A stretch of DNA of 24,817 bases from a virus (Duplodnaviria; Caudoviricetes), in the IMG/VR virus record IMGVR_UViG_3300028586_000076, positions 1 through 24,817 of that record. One strand, written 5' to 3'. Below the pieces are notes generated by a model. It ran no database searches. It had not been told where the DNA came from and was given only the letters and a program-made list of their open reading frames with translations. Positions 16,791-24,101 of the stretch are shown one piece after another. A program made the translations under genes and the position numbers. The first letter of the stretch is position 1. Each line of letters opens with the position of its first letter.

Positions 16791-17008
16791 CCGAACGCAA
16801 CGTAATCCTGCGGCTCGAAGGCTTCGCAGGGTCGTCCGTGAAGGACATCGTCACGGATATGCAGGCGGTCTCGGATCGCCTCTGCCTGCCCGTCGCGCTC
16901 GACATGAATGGCGCACACTTGCTGACGTTTCCAAGAATGTCAGTGGCTAGGATCAAGCGCGATTATGATGCGCAGATCAACTCAGCACCACCGAAGGCAC
17001 CGGAGTGA
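16787..17008 (+). CDS. Hypothetical protein (73 aa) inside lysis cassette
   Basis: Exactly fills the endolysin-spanin gap with ATGA and GTGA overlaps. Confidence 0.7.
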   Translation: MTERNVILRLEGFAGSSVKDIVTDMQAVSDRLCLPVALDMNGAHLLTFPRMSVARIKRDYDAQINSAPPKAPE

Positions 17009-17454
17009 CTGGGGCCGCTGGCTGGGCCATCCTGCGGCGTTTCTGGTGGGCAGTGCCAATGATCGGCCTGCTCGTCGCGCTGCACTTCACCCGCGCGACG
17101 CTCGCCGATCGCACGGCGACGTTGAAGGCCGAGCGAGCGGCATGGACGGCCGAGATCGCGAAGGCCGAGCAGCTGCGTAGCGATGCCGAGAAGCGGTTCG
17201 CCGTTCAGCAGACCACGGCGCTGACGACCTTCGCCGACCGCCTCGCGAATCGCGAACCCATCATCCTTCGATCCACTGACACCGTGAGGACCTATGCGCA
17301 AACTGCTGCTGGCCGTGCTGCCTGCCTTCCTGCTGACCGCGTGCGGGGCATCGACGCGCTCGACGCTGAGCTATTCGCCGGCGATCCCCCCAGTGCCAGC
17401 CGAGGCGAAGAAGCCCTGCACAGCGACGCCGATGCGCCGGCAGCCGGACGGTAG
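17005..17454 (+). CDS. Rz: Inner-membrane spanin (Rz-like)
   Basis: N-terminal TM (FWWAVPMIGLLVALHF), Ala-rich coiled coil, late Cys (ACLP), overlapped by a lipoprotein gene. Confidence 0.8.
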   Translation: MTGAAGWAILRRFWWAVPMIGLLVALHFTRATLADRTATLKAERAAWTAEIAKAEQLRSDAEKRFAVQQTTALTTFADRLANREPIILRSTDTVRTYAQTAAGRAACLPADRVRGIDALDAELFAGDPPSASRGEEALHSDADAPAAGR

Positions 17455-17557
17455 TGCCAACAGCGCGGATGCCGAGGGTTCGCTGCGCGACGCACGCGCC
17501 GATCTCGCGCTCTGCGACGTGCGCCGCGGCCTAGCTGTCGATGCCTGGCCGCGCTGA
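17294..17557 (+). CDS. Rz1: Outer-membrane lipoprotein spanin (Rz1-like)
   Basis: MRKLLLAVLPAFLLTA-C lipobox, Pro-rich PAIPPVPAEAKKPC, second Cys, GAGGA RBS, +1 frame overlap with Rz. Confidence 0.88.
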   Translation: MRKLLLAVLPAFLLTACGASTRSTLSYSPAIPPVPAEAKKPCTATPMRRQPDGSANSADAEGSLRDARADLALCDVRRGLAVDAWPR

Positions 17558-17613
17558 CGCGTCGCTTCCCTGATGAATGCCCAACCCGCTTCCCTGAATA
17601 GGAGTGTCCACGC

Positions 17614-20600
17614 ATGGCCGTGCTGACGAATATCCCAAACAACACGTCCGCGCGTGACTGGCGCGATACGATGAACTCGCTGATCAAGCGCATTGCTGCG
17701 CTTGAGGCAGCCGGCGTTCCAGTAGCAACTCCTGCGCCGGCATTCACGACGCAGCCAAGCATCACTCCGACCAGCGGCACGGCAGGCTCAACGGTATACG
17801 CTGCGACCCCGGGTACCGTCAGCAATGGCTCTGTCGTGTCCCGCGCGTGGCTGCTGAATGGCACCGCCATCAGCACTGGCGTGACGGCCCTGCCCGCGTC
17901 GTCCGGTACGCTCGCCTATCAAGAGACGGCATCCGGCCCGGGCGGCACGACGACGTCGACGGTTCAGGTGGCGGCAGTAACCGCGGCGACCGTCACCCCG
18001 ACGCCGGCGCCGTCTTTCATCTCGCAGCCGAGCATCAGCCCGAACACCGGCACCGCGGGCACCACGACGTTCACCGCGACCGCGGGCAACGTCAGCAATG
18101 GCTCGATCACGGCGCGATCGTGGACGATCAACGGGACGGTGATCAGCACCGGCATCGCCGCGTCTCCGGCATCGTCCGGCACCCTGACCTACCAAGAGAC
18201 AGCGACCGGACCAGGCGGCACCACGCAGTCGACGGTGCAGCAGGTAACCGTCGCAACCGCAGCCTTGCCCGCGCCAGCCTTCACTTCGCAGCCGACGGTC
18301 AGCCCTTCGACTGGCACGGCGGGGACGACGACATACACCGCAACGCCGGGCGCAGTAAGCAACGGCTCAATCACGTCGCGTGCCTGGTCGCTCAACGGCT
18401 CGGTTATCAGCACCGGGCTAACGGCAGCCCCCGTTTCCGCTGGCACGCTGACGTATCAGGAGTTTGCGACGGGCACGGGCGGCACCGCTTCGTCATCGAC
18501 CTTGACGCGAACAGTATCGGTGGCCGCGGCACCATCCCTATCGCTCTCGTCTGCGGTAGTGAAAGCCGAAGGCAACAGCGGAACCACCCTGTTCTCTTGG
18601 ACCCTTACGCTCAACCGCGACGGAAGCACCGCCGCGTATCCGTTCAGCTGGTCGACGGCAGGAAGCGGCGCGAACCCCGCCAATTCTGCTGACTTCGGCG
18701 GTGCGTTCCCAACCGGCAGCGGCACGTTCGCCGCTGGCGAGACGAGCAAGACGATTTCGGTGCTGGTCGCGGGCGATACAGCAGTCGAGCCCGACGATAC
18801 GTTCACACTTACCGTTGTTGCGGCGGGCCTCAACACCGTCACGTCGACCGGCACGATTACGAACGACGATACCGCGCCCATCGATCCGAACCTCCCCGCT
18901 TCAATCCAGATCGTGCCCGAGGGCGACAGCCTGACCGCCTATACCAACACCAACGGTCGGCCGGGTTGGGCCGACCAGGCTGTTACCGGGCTGATCGCGG
19001 GACCGACGTATATGTACCGCAAGGTCGCGCAGGGCGGCGAAACCGCGCAGGCAATGGACGCGGATTTCGACAGTGGCGTCGCGCCCGCCGCGATTGCGCC
19101 GGGCAGCGGCTCGGTAGGAAGCGTCGGAACCAAGGTAGGCGTTGGCCCGGCATACGACCCCAGCTACGCAATGAACATCATGATGCTCGGCCCTGTCGGC
19201 ACCAACGACGATATCAGTCAGAATAGCTTTGCGGTTTACAAGGCGATCCGCCGGATCGTGATGAAGTCTTACGCCAAGGGTTACGCCAGGACGTTGGTCA
19301 GTACGCTGATCCCGCGCAACGGCGTCGCAGGCGGTGATGGCACGGACACCTATGCCGGTCACAATTACGATGCCGATAATATTCAGATCAATCGCGACAT
19401 TGCCGCCCTTTGGGATAGTGATATCGGCGCCGATTACCTGATCGACTTCGCAACTATCTGGCCCAAGCAGACCGATTACAGCGTGCCCGACCAGTCGGCC
19501 GACGGCACGCATCAGTCGGGGACGGGGTTTGACAAGATGGCGATTCCCGCTCGCGCCGGTCTGAATTATGTAATCCAGAACGTCGGCGTGAAGCGGATGG
19601 AGCCGCTGACGTGGACCCCGTGGGATGGCCGCGCAGAATTGACGCTGAGCGCGGACAGCCGCACGGTAACGGCGTCGAGCAACAGCGCCGGCTATTTCCG
19701 TTATGGTTACCCGAACCTGCGATCGGGCAAGTGGTATTTCGAAATCGATCCGCTGACCGGTACGACGACGTCGATCGGCATCGGCACCCGTGGCAACAAG
19801 CTCTATTCGACGGGCGCAACAATCATCAGCGCAACGAACAGTTTTGTCGAGGTGACGCAGCAAGGCGTCGTCAGTATCGCAGGCGTTGCAACGCCGGTTG
19901 CGCAGCTTGGCACGCGAGCCGTAGGCGACGTGATCTGCTTTGCTCTGGATGCCGACAATCACCGCCTTTGGATTCGGCGCAATTCCCTCGACTGGAACGG
20001 TAACAGCGATGCCGTCGTGTCGACTGACCCCGCGTTGCAGGCGGGTTATATCGATCTTGCCCCGCTGCGCGCTTACGACCTTACAATGGCCGGTCGCACC
20101 GCCGCATATTCTCCGTATATCCGCTCCTATGCGCCTATGACGGCGGTTACCCGCTTCGCTGCATCCGAGAACGTGCGTCACCGTCCCGGCAACTTTCAAG
20201 CGCTGGATCTTGGCGCGGCCAAGGTGGCAGCTGTAACTCCGACTAACCTTACCGTTCCCGTCATCAGCGGCGAAGCTATCGTTGGCAAGACGCTCACCGC
20301 CAGCGGTGACACGTGGGATAATTCGCCCAGCTCTTACACGAATGAGTGGACCCGCGACGGGGTCGTCGTGTCTGGGCGAACAGGCCGGACTTATGCCGTC
20401 ACTTCGGCAGACGTCGGCAAGAGGATCGGTTACTCTCGCACGCCCGTTAACTCGGCAGGCACGGGTGTAGCGGCGGTCGCGGTGCCGACGTATGCAGCAC
20501 TCAACACGACATCGCCTTGGAACCCGTCTGTTCTTGGTACCAAGCTTGTTGCCTGGTGGAAGCCATCCGAAGCGGCGATCACCGGGACGGGTACGGCAAC

Positions 20601-21294
20601 CAGATGGAGCGACGAGCAGGGCAACGCTTCGCTTACGAACCAAGGGCTTTCAGGCACAGTACCGGCGCCGACTTATAGTGCCGCCGCGCGGAACGGCACC
20701 CCCGGTGCGCAGTTCGGCGGCACGGGATCGCTTGCCTCGAATACGGCCGAAAAGAACTTCCCGTATCCGGCCTATGCCCCCATCGTGAGCAGCTTCATTG
20801 CCGTGTCAGGCTACGCTCCTGCGGGCTCGACCGAGCGCGTTGCATTCTATCTTGGTGATGGTGTTGCCACACGGGGCTACGGCATCGGCGTCGATGCGGC
20901 TGGCCTGATCGAAATGGCGGGCGGCAACGCTACAGCTTTCAAGCCCGCGAGCGCAAAGACATGGAGTGATCAGGACCGAATGGTATCGATCGGCTACGCG
21001 GGTAGCGGCACTGCCGCCACCATGACCATCGACGGCGTTTCCGAAGCGTTGACCATCACAAACCGGACTGGCGGTACCGCTCGCCACCGGCTCGGTTCGG
21101 ACGTTAATGGCACGGGCTCGAGCCGCTATTTCAACGGAATTATCCAGAACATCTATCTCATCAGCCCGATGCCCTCGCTGGCCGAACAGCAGAAGCTTGA
21201 AGGCTATGATAGCTGGACCACGGGCAAGGCGGGCGCGAACCTTCCTTCCGACCATCCCTACAAGAGCCGAGCTCCACTCGCGGGTGACGCTTAG
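17614..21294 (+). CDS. Multidomain 1226-aa protein: 3 Ig-like repeats, Calx-beta-like, SGNH/GDSL esterase, SPRY/ConA-like, Ig-like, LamG-like; putative virion spike/adhesin
   Basis: AEGNSGTT…FAAGETSKTISVLVAGDTAVEPDDTFTL (Calx-beta); GDSLT, AQGG, GTND, DGTH (SGNH blocks I, II, III, V); SGKWYFEI and GDVICFALDADN (SPRY); PVISGEAIVGKTLT…ADVGKRI; LVAWW. AGGAG RBS; no signal peptide. Confidence 0.85.
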   Translation: MAVLTNIPNNTSARDWRDTMNSLIKRIAALEAAGVPVATPAPAFTTQPSITPTSGTAGSTVYAATPGTVSNGSVVSRAWLLNGTAISTGVTALPASSGTLAYQETASGPGGTTTSTVQVAAVTAATVTPTPAPSFISQPSISPNTGTAGTTTFTATAGNVSNGSITARSWTINGTVISTGIAASPASSGTLTYQETATGPGGTTQSTVQQVTVATAALPAPAFTSQPTVSPSTGTAGTTTYTATPGAVSNGSITSRAWSLNGSVISTGLTAAPVSAGTLTYQEFATGTGGTASSSTLTRTVSVAAAPSLSLSSAVVKAEGNSGTTLFSWTLTLNRDGSTAAYPFSWSTAGSGANPANSADFGGAFPTGSGTFAAGETSKTISVLVAGDTAVEPDDTFTLTVVAAGLNTVTSTGTITNDDTAPIDPNLPASIQIVPEGDSLTAYTNTNGRPGWADQAVTGLIAGPTYMYRKVAQGGETAQAMDADFDSGVAPAAIAPGSGSVGSVGTKVGVGPAYDPSYAMNIMMLGPVGTNDDISQNSFAVYKAIRRIVMKSYAKGYARTLVSTLIPRNGVAGGDGTDTYAGHNYDADNIQINRDIAALWDSDIGADYLIDFATIWPKQTDYSVPDQSADGTHQSGTGFDKMAIPARAGLNYVIQNVGVKRMEPLTWTPWDGRAELTLSADSRTVTASSNSAGYFRYGYPNLRSGKWYFEIDPLTGTTTSIGIGTRGNKLYSTGATIISATNSFVEVTQQGVVSIAGVATPVAQLGTRAVGDVICFALDADNHRLWIRRNSLDWNGNSDAVVSTDPALQAGYIDLAPLRAYDLTMAGRTAAYSPYIRSYAPMTAVTRFAASENVRHRPGNFQALDLGAAKVAAVTPTNLTVPVISGEAIVGKTLTASGDTWDNSPSSYTNEWTRDGVVVSGRTGRTYAVTSADVGKRIGYSRTPVNSAGTGVAAVAVPTYAALNTTSPWNPSVLGTKLVAWWKPSEAAITGTGTATRWSDEQGNASLTNQGLSGTVPAPTYSAAARNGTPGAQFGGTGSLASNTAEKNFPYPAYAPIVSSFIAVSGYAPAGSTERVAFYLGDGVATRGYGIGVDAAGLIEMAGGNATAFKPASAKTWSDQDRMVSIGYAGSGTAATMTIDGVSEALTITNRTGGTARHRLGSDVNGTGSSRYFNGIIQNIYLISPMPSLAEQQKLEGYDSWTTGKAGANLPSDHPYKSRAPLAGDA
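17731..18530 (+). repeat. Three tandem about 88-91 aa Thr/Ser-rich Ig-like repeats
   Basis: PAPxFxxQPxxxPxxGTAGxTxxxATxGxVSNGSxxxRxWxxNGxxISTG…GTLxYQExAxGxGG starting at 17731, 18004, 18268. Confidence 0.92.
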
Positions 21295-21311
21295 TCACAA
21301 ACCCTAACATG

Positions 21312-21323
21312 AAAGGAGGTGAT
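21312..21323 (+). promoter_or_regulatory. Extended Shine-Dalgarno AAAGGAGGTGAT
   Basis: 12-nt match to the complement of the conserved 16S rRNA 3' end; ATG at 21328. Confidence 0.85.
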
Positions 21324-21327
21324 GCCC

Positions 21328-21678
21328 ATGACCGGGTGCACCGAGTTTCGCCAGTCTGGCTCCTGCCTGATAGCATGGCAGGGGCCGACACCCGTCGCGC
21401 AGATCGCGTGGGATGCCGCTGACAGCGGCTGGTACATCAATTTCTTATCTGTCGAGCAACCCCAGCTGCTCGCGCCACTTCTGTCGAAATTCCGGAAGCT
21501 ATGGCGCCGCAGCGGCAAGCCGACCCTCTGTTTTCACGCATCCCCCGATAATCAAGTCATCGGGAGGCTTATAGGGATCCTCGGAGCCGAGTGCTTCGCG
21601 GGCCTCTATACCATTGTCGACTTGGACCACCGAAGTAGGAAGAAGCACCATGAGCAAGACCGAGAACGCACGCTATAA
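21328..21678 (+). CDS. Hypothetical protein (116 aa) with GNAT-like secondary-structure pattern
   Basis: LIAWQG-PVAQIAWD-WYINFLSV-LLAPLLSKFRKLWRRSG-TLCFHASPDNQVIGRLIGILG order matches GNAT core elements; the RxxGxG loop is absent. ORF well supported by RBS, fold call tentative. Confidence 0.6.
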   Translation: MTGCTEFRQSGSCLIAWQGPTPVAQIAWDAADSGWYINFLSVEQPQLLAPLLSKFRKLWRRSGKPTLCFHASPDNQVIGRLIGILGAECFAGLYTIVDLDHRSRKKHHEQDRERTL

Positions 21679-21802
21679 GAAGCTCTCCGCCAAGGGTAAG
21701 ACCGAGTACGGCCGTGATCGTGCGAAGGACGCTGATGCCAATGGCGGCACGTTCAACGCCACTTTGGCAAAGCTGCACGCCGGCTATTACGACACGATGT
21801 GA
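21650..21802 (+). CDS. Small basic protein (50 aa, MSKTENARYKKLSAKGKTEYGRDRAKDADANGGTFNATLAKLHAGYYDTM)
   Basis: AGGAAG RBS, strong codon bias, stop followed at once by a perfect hairpin. Confidence 0.75.
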   Translation: MSKTENARYKKLSAKGKTEYGRDRAKDADANGGTFNATLAKLHAGYYDTM

Positions 21803-21805
21803 CTA

Positions 21806-21835
21806 CAGCGCCCGGTTCGAAAGAACCGGGCGCTG
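21806..21835. terminator. Perfect 13-bp hairpin between convergent genes (bidirectional terminator-like)
   Basis: CAGCGCCCGGTTC-gaaa-GAACCGGGCGCTG; stops at 21802 (+) and 21838 (-) flank it; no U-tract on either strand. Confidence 0.7.
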
Positions 21836-21837
21836 CC

Positions 21838-21981
21838 TCAGTCATCGTGCGGCCTTGCGTTCGTGACGAACTTTCGCTGCTCACGCCCGCATTTCATGCA
21901 TTTTCGGGCAACCGTCTGACCACCAAGCTCGTCGCGCGAGGTTGGCCTCCAGTCCGCAAATTTATGCCGACAAAGCCACAT
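21838..21981 (-). CDS. 47-aa Zn-ribbon-like microprotein (MWLCRHKFADWRPTSRDELGGQTVARKCMKCGREQRKFVTNARPHDD)
   Basis: Read directly from minus strand (below ORF-track cutoff); GGAGG RBS just after the OpgC-family stop; CxH…CxxC motif; fills the gap to the hairpin. Confidence 0.7.
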   Translation of the reverse strand: MWLCRHKFADWRPTSRDELGGQTVARKCMKCGREQRKFVTNARPHDD

Positions 21982-21996
21982 GCCTCCGCCCTCTAT

Positions 21997-23106
21997 TCAG
22001 CGAATCACAAGCTTATCGAATGAACCCGCGTCAGCCGGGCGGCTATCCGAGAATTTACGCTTGTCCAAGTATTTTGCTGCGACCCAGGTCGCCAAGATCA
22101 AAGCCGCGGTCAAGGCTATGTATCCACCCCAACCAAGGTTGAGCCGCTGCCATACGTAAAGGGCTACAAAAGTAGCTACCGTGCTGAACAAAAAGGCATT
22201 GAGACTGTGTCGTCCAATCAGTGCTGCCGATCTCAATAGTAAGTTATCAAGATGTTTTCTCAATACGGTGACAAGGCCGGCGTACAGCAAGAGCACGAGT
22301 AGCGAGTGCGCAGCCCTCACTGGTCCGAGTGTTCCGCGATCCCCCAAGGGGATGCGCGGCAGATTGAGAAGAAGTTTCGTCGCCCCAATGCCGGCGAACA
22401 GGACCAGAGCCGTCCAGAAGATCCACTGCTGCTTTTCCAGACTGGCAAAAACCAGTTCGTGCAGTCGAATGCTGCCCCCCGCCATCGCGACAAAAAAGAT
22501 CATTTGCCACGCTAACGGATGGAATCTCCACCCGGCTGTTTCAAGCGGATTAGGCGATCCTCCAAGACCCGGAGATACTTGGAGGCAGACTTGAAACACG
22601 AGATATGCAGACAGAGAGGCGGCTATAAGTAAAAGCGGCGACCGAAGAATGAGCCAGACGGCTATTGGGCTGACCAGCAGTAAAATAACGTACAGGTGAA
22701 GTATGTCGATCAGAAAGGGACCGTAGGACATCATCGAGAAGTAGGCCACCGCTTCGAGAGGTACTATCGTCATTGGCGTAAAGCGCACTGCGGCTTCATA
22801 CGCTGGATTTGTCGCAAGCGTCGCGAGCGCAGCAGCGACATACAGACCGAAGTTCCATACATACAGTTTGGCAGCGCGCTTAACTAACAGTTCCGTTGGA
22901 TTGGCCTTTTTCACGTAAACCATACCAACCATATAACCTGAGAGAGCAACGAAGATCTCTGCCGCTGACGAAAGCGAGATTGTCGTCGCGGTTGGTATCT
23001 GAGGCCCTCTCATTCCAAGCGCGGTTGTCAGCGCTGAAAAATGATTGATGATAATCGTAACCATCGCGAAGCCACGTATCGTGTCAATCCGAGTATCACG
23101 CGCCAT
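21997..23106 (-). CDS. OpgC-family (acyltransferase-3-related) multi-pass membrane acyltransferase, 369 aa
   Basis: RDTRIDTIRG, SSAAEIFVALSGY, DILHLYVILL, FHPLAWQMIFF, LIGRHSLNAF motifs; about 10 TM segments; visibly AT-rich relative to phage core. Confidence 0.92.
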   Translation of the reverse strand: MARDTRIDTIRGFAMVTIIINHFSALTTALGMRGPQIPTATTISLSSAAEIFVALSGYMVGMVYVKKANPTELLVKRAAKLYVWNFGLYVAAALATLATNPAYEAAVRFTPMTIVPLEAVAYFSMMSYGPFLIDILHLYVILLLVSPIAVWLILRSPLLLIAASLSAYLVFQVCLQVSPGLGGSPNPLETAGWRFHPLAWQMIFFVAMAGGSIRLHELVFASLEKQQWIFWTALVLFAGIGATKLLLNLPRIPLGDRGTLGPVRAAHSLLVLLLYAGLVTVLRKHLDNLLLRSAALIGRHSLNAFLFSTVATFVALYVWQRLNLGWGGYIALTAALILATWVAAKYLDKRKFSDSRPADAGSFDKLVIR

Positions 23107-23196
23107 ATAAACACTTCCGGTTCGGACGTATTGCTGCGTGAATTCGATCGGCAGCTGTCGCCGGTCGCGCTAATGATTATTCCCCCCTGAGATCAA

Positions 23197-23213
23197 GTTA
23201 ATATCTCACTAAC
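23197..23213. promoter_or_regulatory. Near-consensus CtrA box upstream of OpgC-family gene
   Basis: GTTAA-TATCTCA-CTAAC, one mismatch to TTAA-N7-TTAAC; abuts a minus-strand TTGATC (23196-23191). Confidence 0.5.
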
Positions 23214-23272
23214 ATGGCTCATGGTCGCGAATTTATCTGGCGGACGCGTAGAGCATCGGTGCCGGCATTCCG

Positions 23273-23536
23273 CTAGCGGAGCAGCAGCGCCTCGTCCCCG
23301 GGCAGGTAGCGCTCTTCGGTCAGGTTCATTGATCGGATCGTCGTCATTGAGCGTTCCGCGCCCCGATGCAGCCGCCCAGGCCGCGCGGTCTTCGGGCTCT
23401 TGCCGCACTCCCCGCACCGGAAGAAACGGGTCATCGACGGCACAGCCTCGGTCCCCGCATAGGCGTCGACGTTGACCTCCTTATGCCGTCCACAGCCACA
23501 GATCAGATCTATGGTCCGGATACCGAGGGACCGCAT
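23273..23536 (-). CDS. Small Zn-finger-like hypothetical protein, possibly a decayed remnant
   Basis: CGCGRH…VNVD…VP…FRCGECG…RP pattern; no recognisable RBS; C-terminus looks like read-through. Confidence 0.5.
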   Translation of the reverse strand: MRSLGIRTIDLICGCGRHKEVNVDAYAGTEAVPSMTRFFRCGECGKSPKTARPGRLHRGAERSMTTIRSMNLTEERYLPGDEALLLR

Positions 23537-23545
23537 GGTTCGATT

Positions 23546-23965
23546 TTAAGTTGTTAAACGTCGACGGAGCGACAGGGCGGCAAATCCAATAAAAGCCGCC
23601 TTTATCGAGTCACATTTAACGTCGGCAACGTGTTTCATCACGCGATCGAGGAACCCCCCTCCGTCACAAAGGTCGTTTTCGTCTCGATATTCCGTTGACC
23701 ACCAATTAAATTGGCGATGATCCGTCTCGATCGGTTTGAAGTAGCTAATATTGTCATGACGTGAATCGTTGGCAATCCGGTCCATTACGAGCTGCACAGC
23801 GGCAGCGTCTCCCTCCAACGCCTGTACAAAGCGGGTGCCGTCAAATAGTAGAAGACCGGTGATATTTAGAGAACGGTTTCTGGCGGCAGCAAGGTCGCGA
23901 AGGTCGGCCAAGTCTCGCGCCGTGAATCTGTGTTTGGCTCTGCTAATGTAAATAACAATCCGCAT
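23546..23965 (-). CDS. Stand-alone BLUF-domain blue-light sensor (139 aa)
   Basis: IYISRA (Tyr), RNRSLNITGLLL, FVQALEG (Gln), RIANDSRH, RQFNWWS; GAGGGA RBS before ATG 23965 (preferred over 24028). Confidence 0.93.
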   Translation of the reverse strand: MRIVIYISRAKHRFTARDLADLRDLAAARNRSLNITGLLLFDGTRFVQALEGDAAAVQLVMDRIANDSRHDNISYFKPIETDHRQFNWWSTEYRDENDLCDGGGFLDRVMKHVADVKCDSIKAAFIGFAALSLRRRLTT

Positions 23966-24045
23966 TAGGTCCCTCGAACCGAATTGCAGGAGAAACATGT
24001 CGATCGACGGGACTCCGGCCGAGAGCAAATTTTCACATTGTTTTG

Positions 24046-24062
24046 GTTAAAAAGTATTTAAC
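24046..24062. promoter_or_regulatory. Perfect CtrA box upstream of BLUF gene
   Basis: GTTAA-AAAGTAT-TTAAC matches TTAA-N7-TTAAC on both strands; intergenic, about 80 nt upstream of the BLUF start. Confidence 0.75.
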
Positions 24063-24101
24063 GGCCCCTGATTGAGCTTCGGCAGGGATGACTTACGTCG
24101 G

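Larger units (their letters stand above)
1..21294 (+). mobile_element. Prophage / temperate siphovirus late region (head, tail, lysis, post-lysis spike-like gene); may extend over the accessory genes to the window end
   Basis: Colinear capsid-neck-tail tube-chaperone-tape measure-tail tip-lysis order, all on + strand with overlapping stop/start codons. No integrase or att site in window. Confidence 0.95.

Noticed and set aside
1-17557. Gene transfer agent (RcGTA-like) cluster
   Set aside because: Very long tape measure, different tail-tip genes and an embedded full lysis cassette fit a genuine siphovirus rather than RcGTA.
17570-17600. CTGATGA resembling a hammerhead ribozyme core
   Set aside because: No stem II followed by GAAA and no flanking stems.
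18901-20643. 580-aa minus-strand ORF within the esterase gene
   Set aside because: Antisense shadow; the plus frame holds all recognisable motifs.
21312-21323. AAAGGAGGTGAT as a 16S rRNA 3'-end fragment on the minus strand
   Set aside because: Flanks show no rRNA similarity; it is correctly spaced as an SD for ATG 21328.
23546-23557. TTAA-GTTG-TTAA as a third CtrA site
   Set aside because: Spacer is 4 nt, not 7, and it overlaps the BLUF stop codon.
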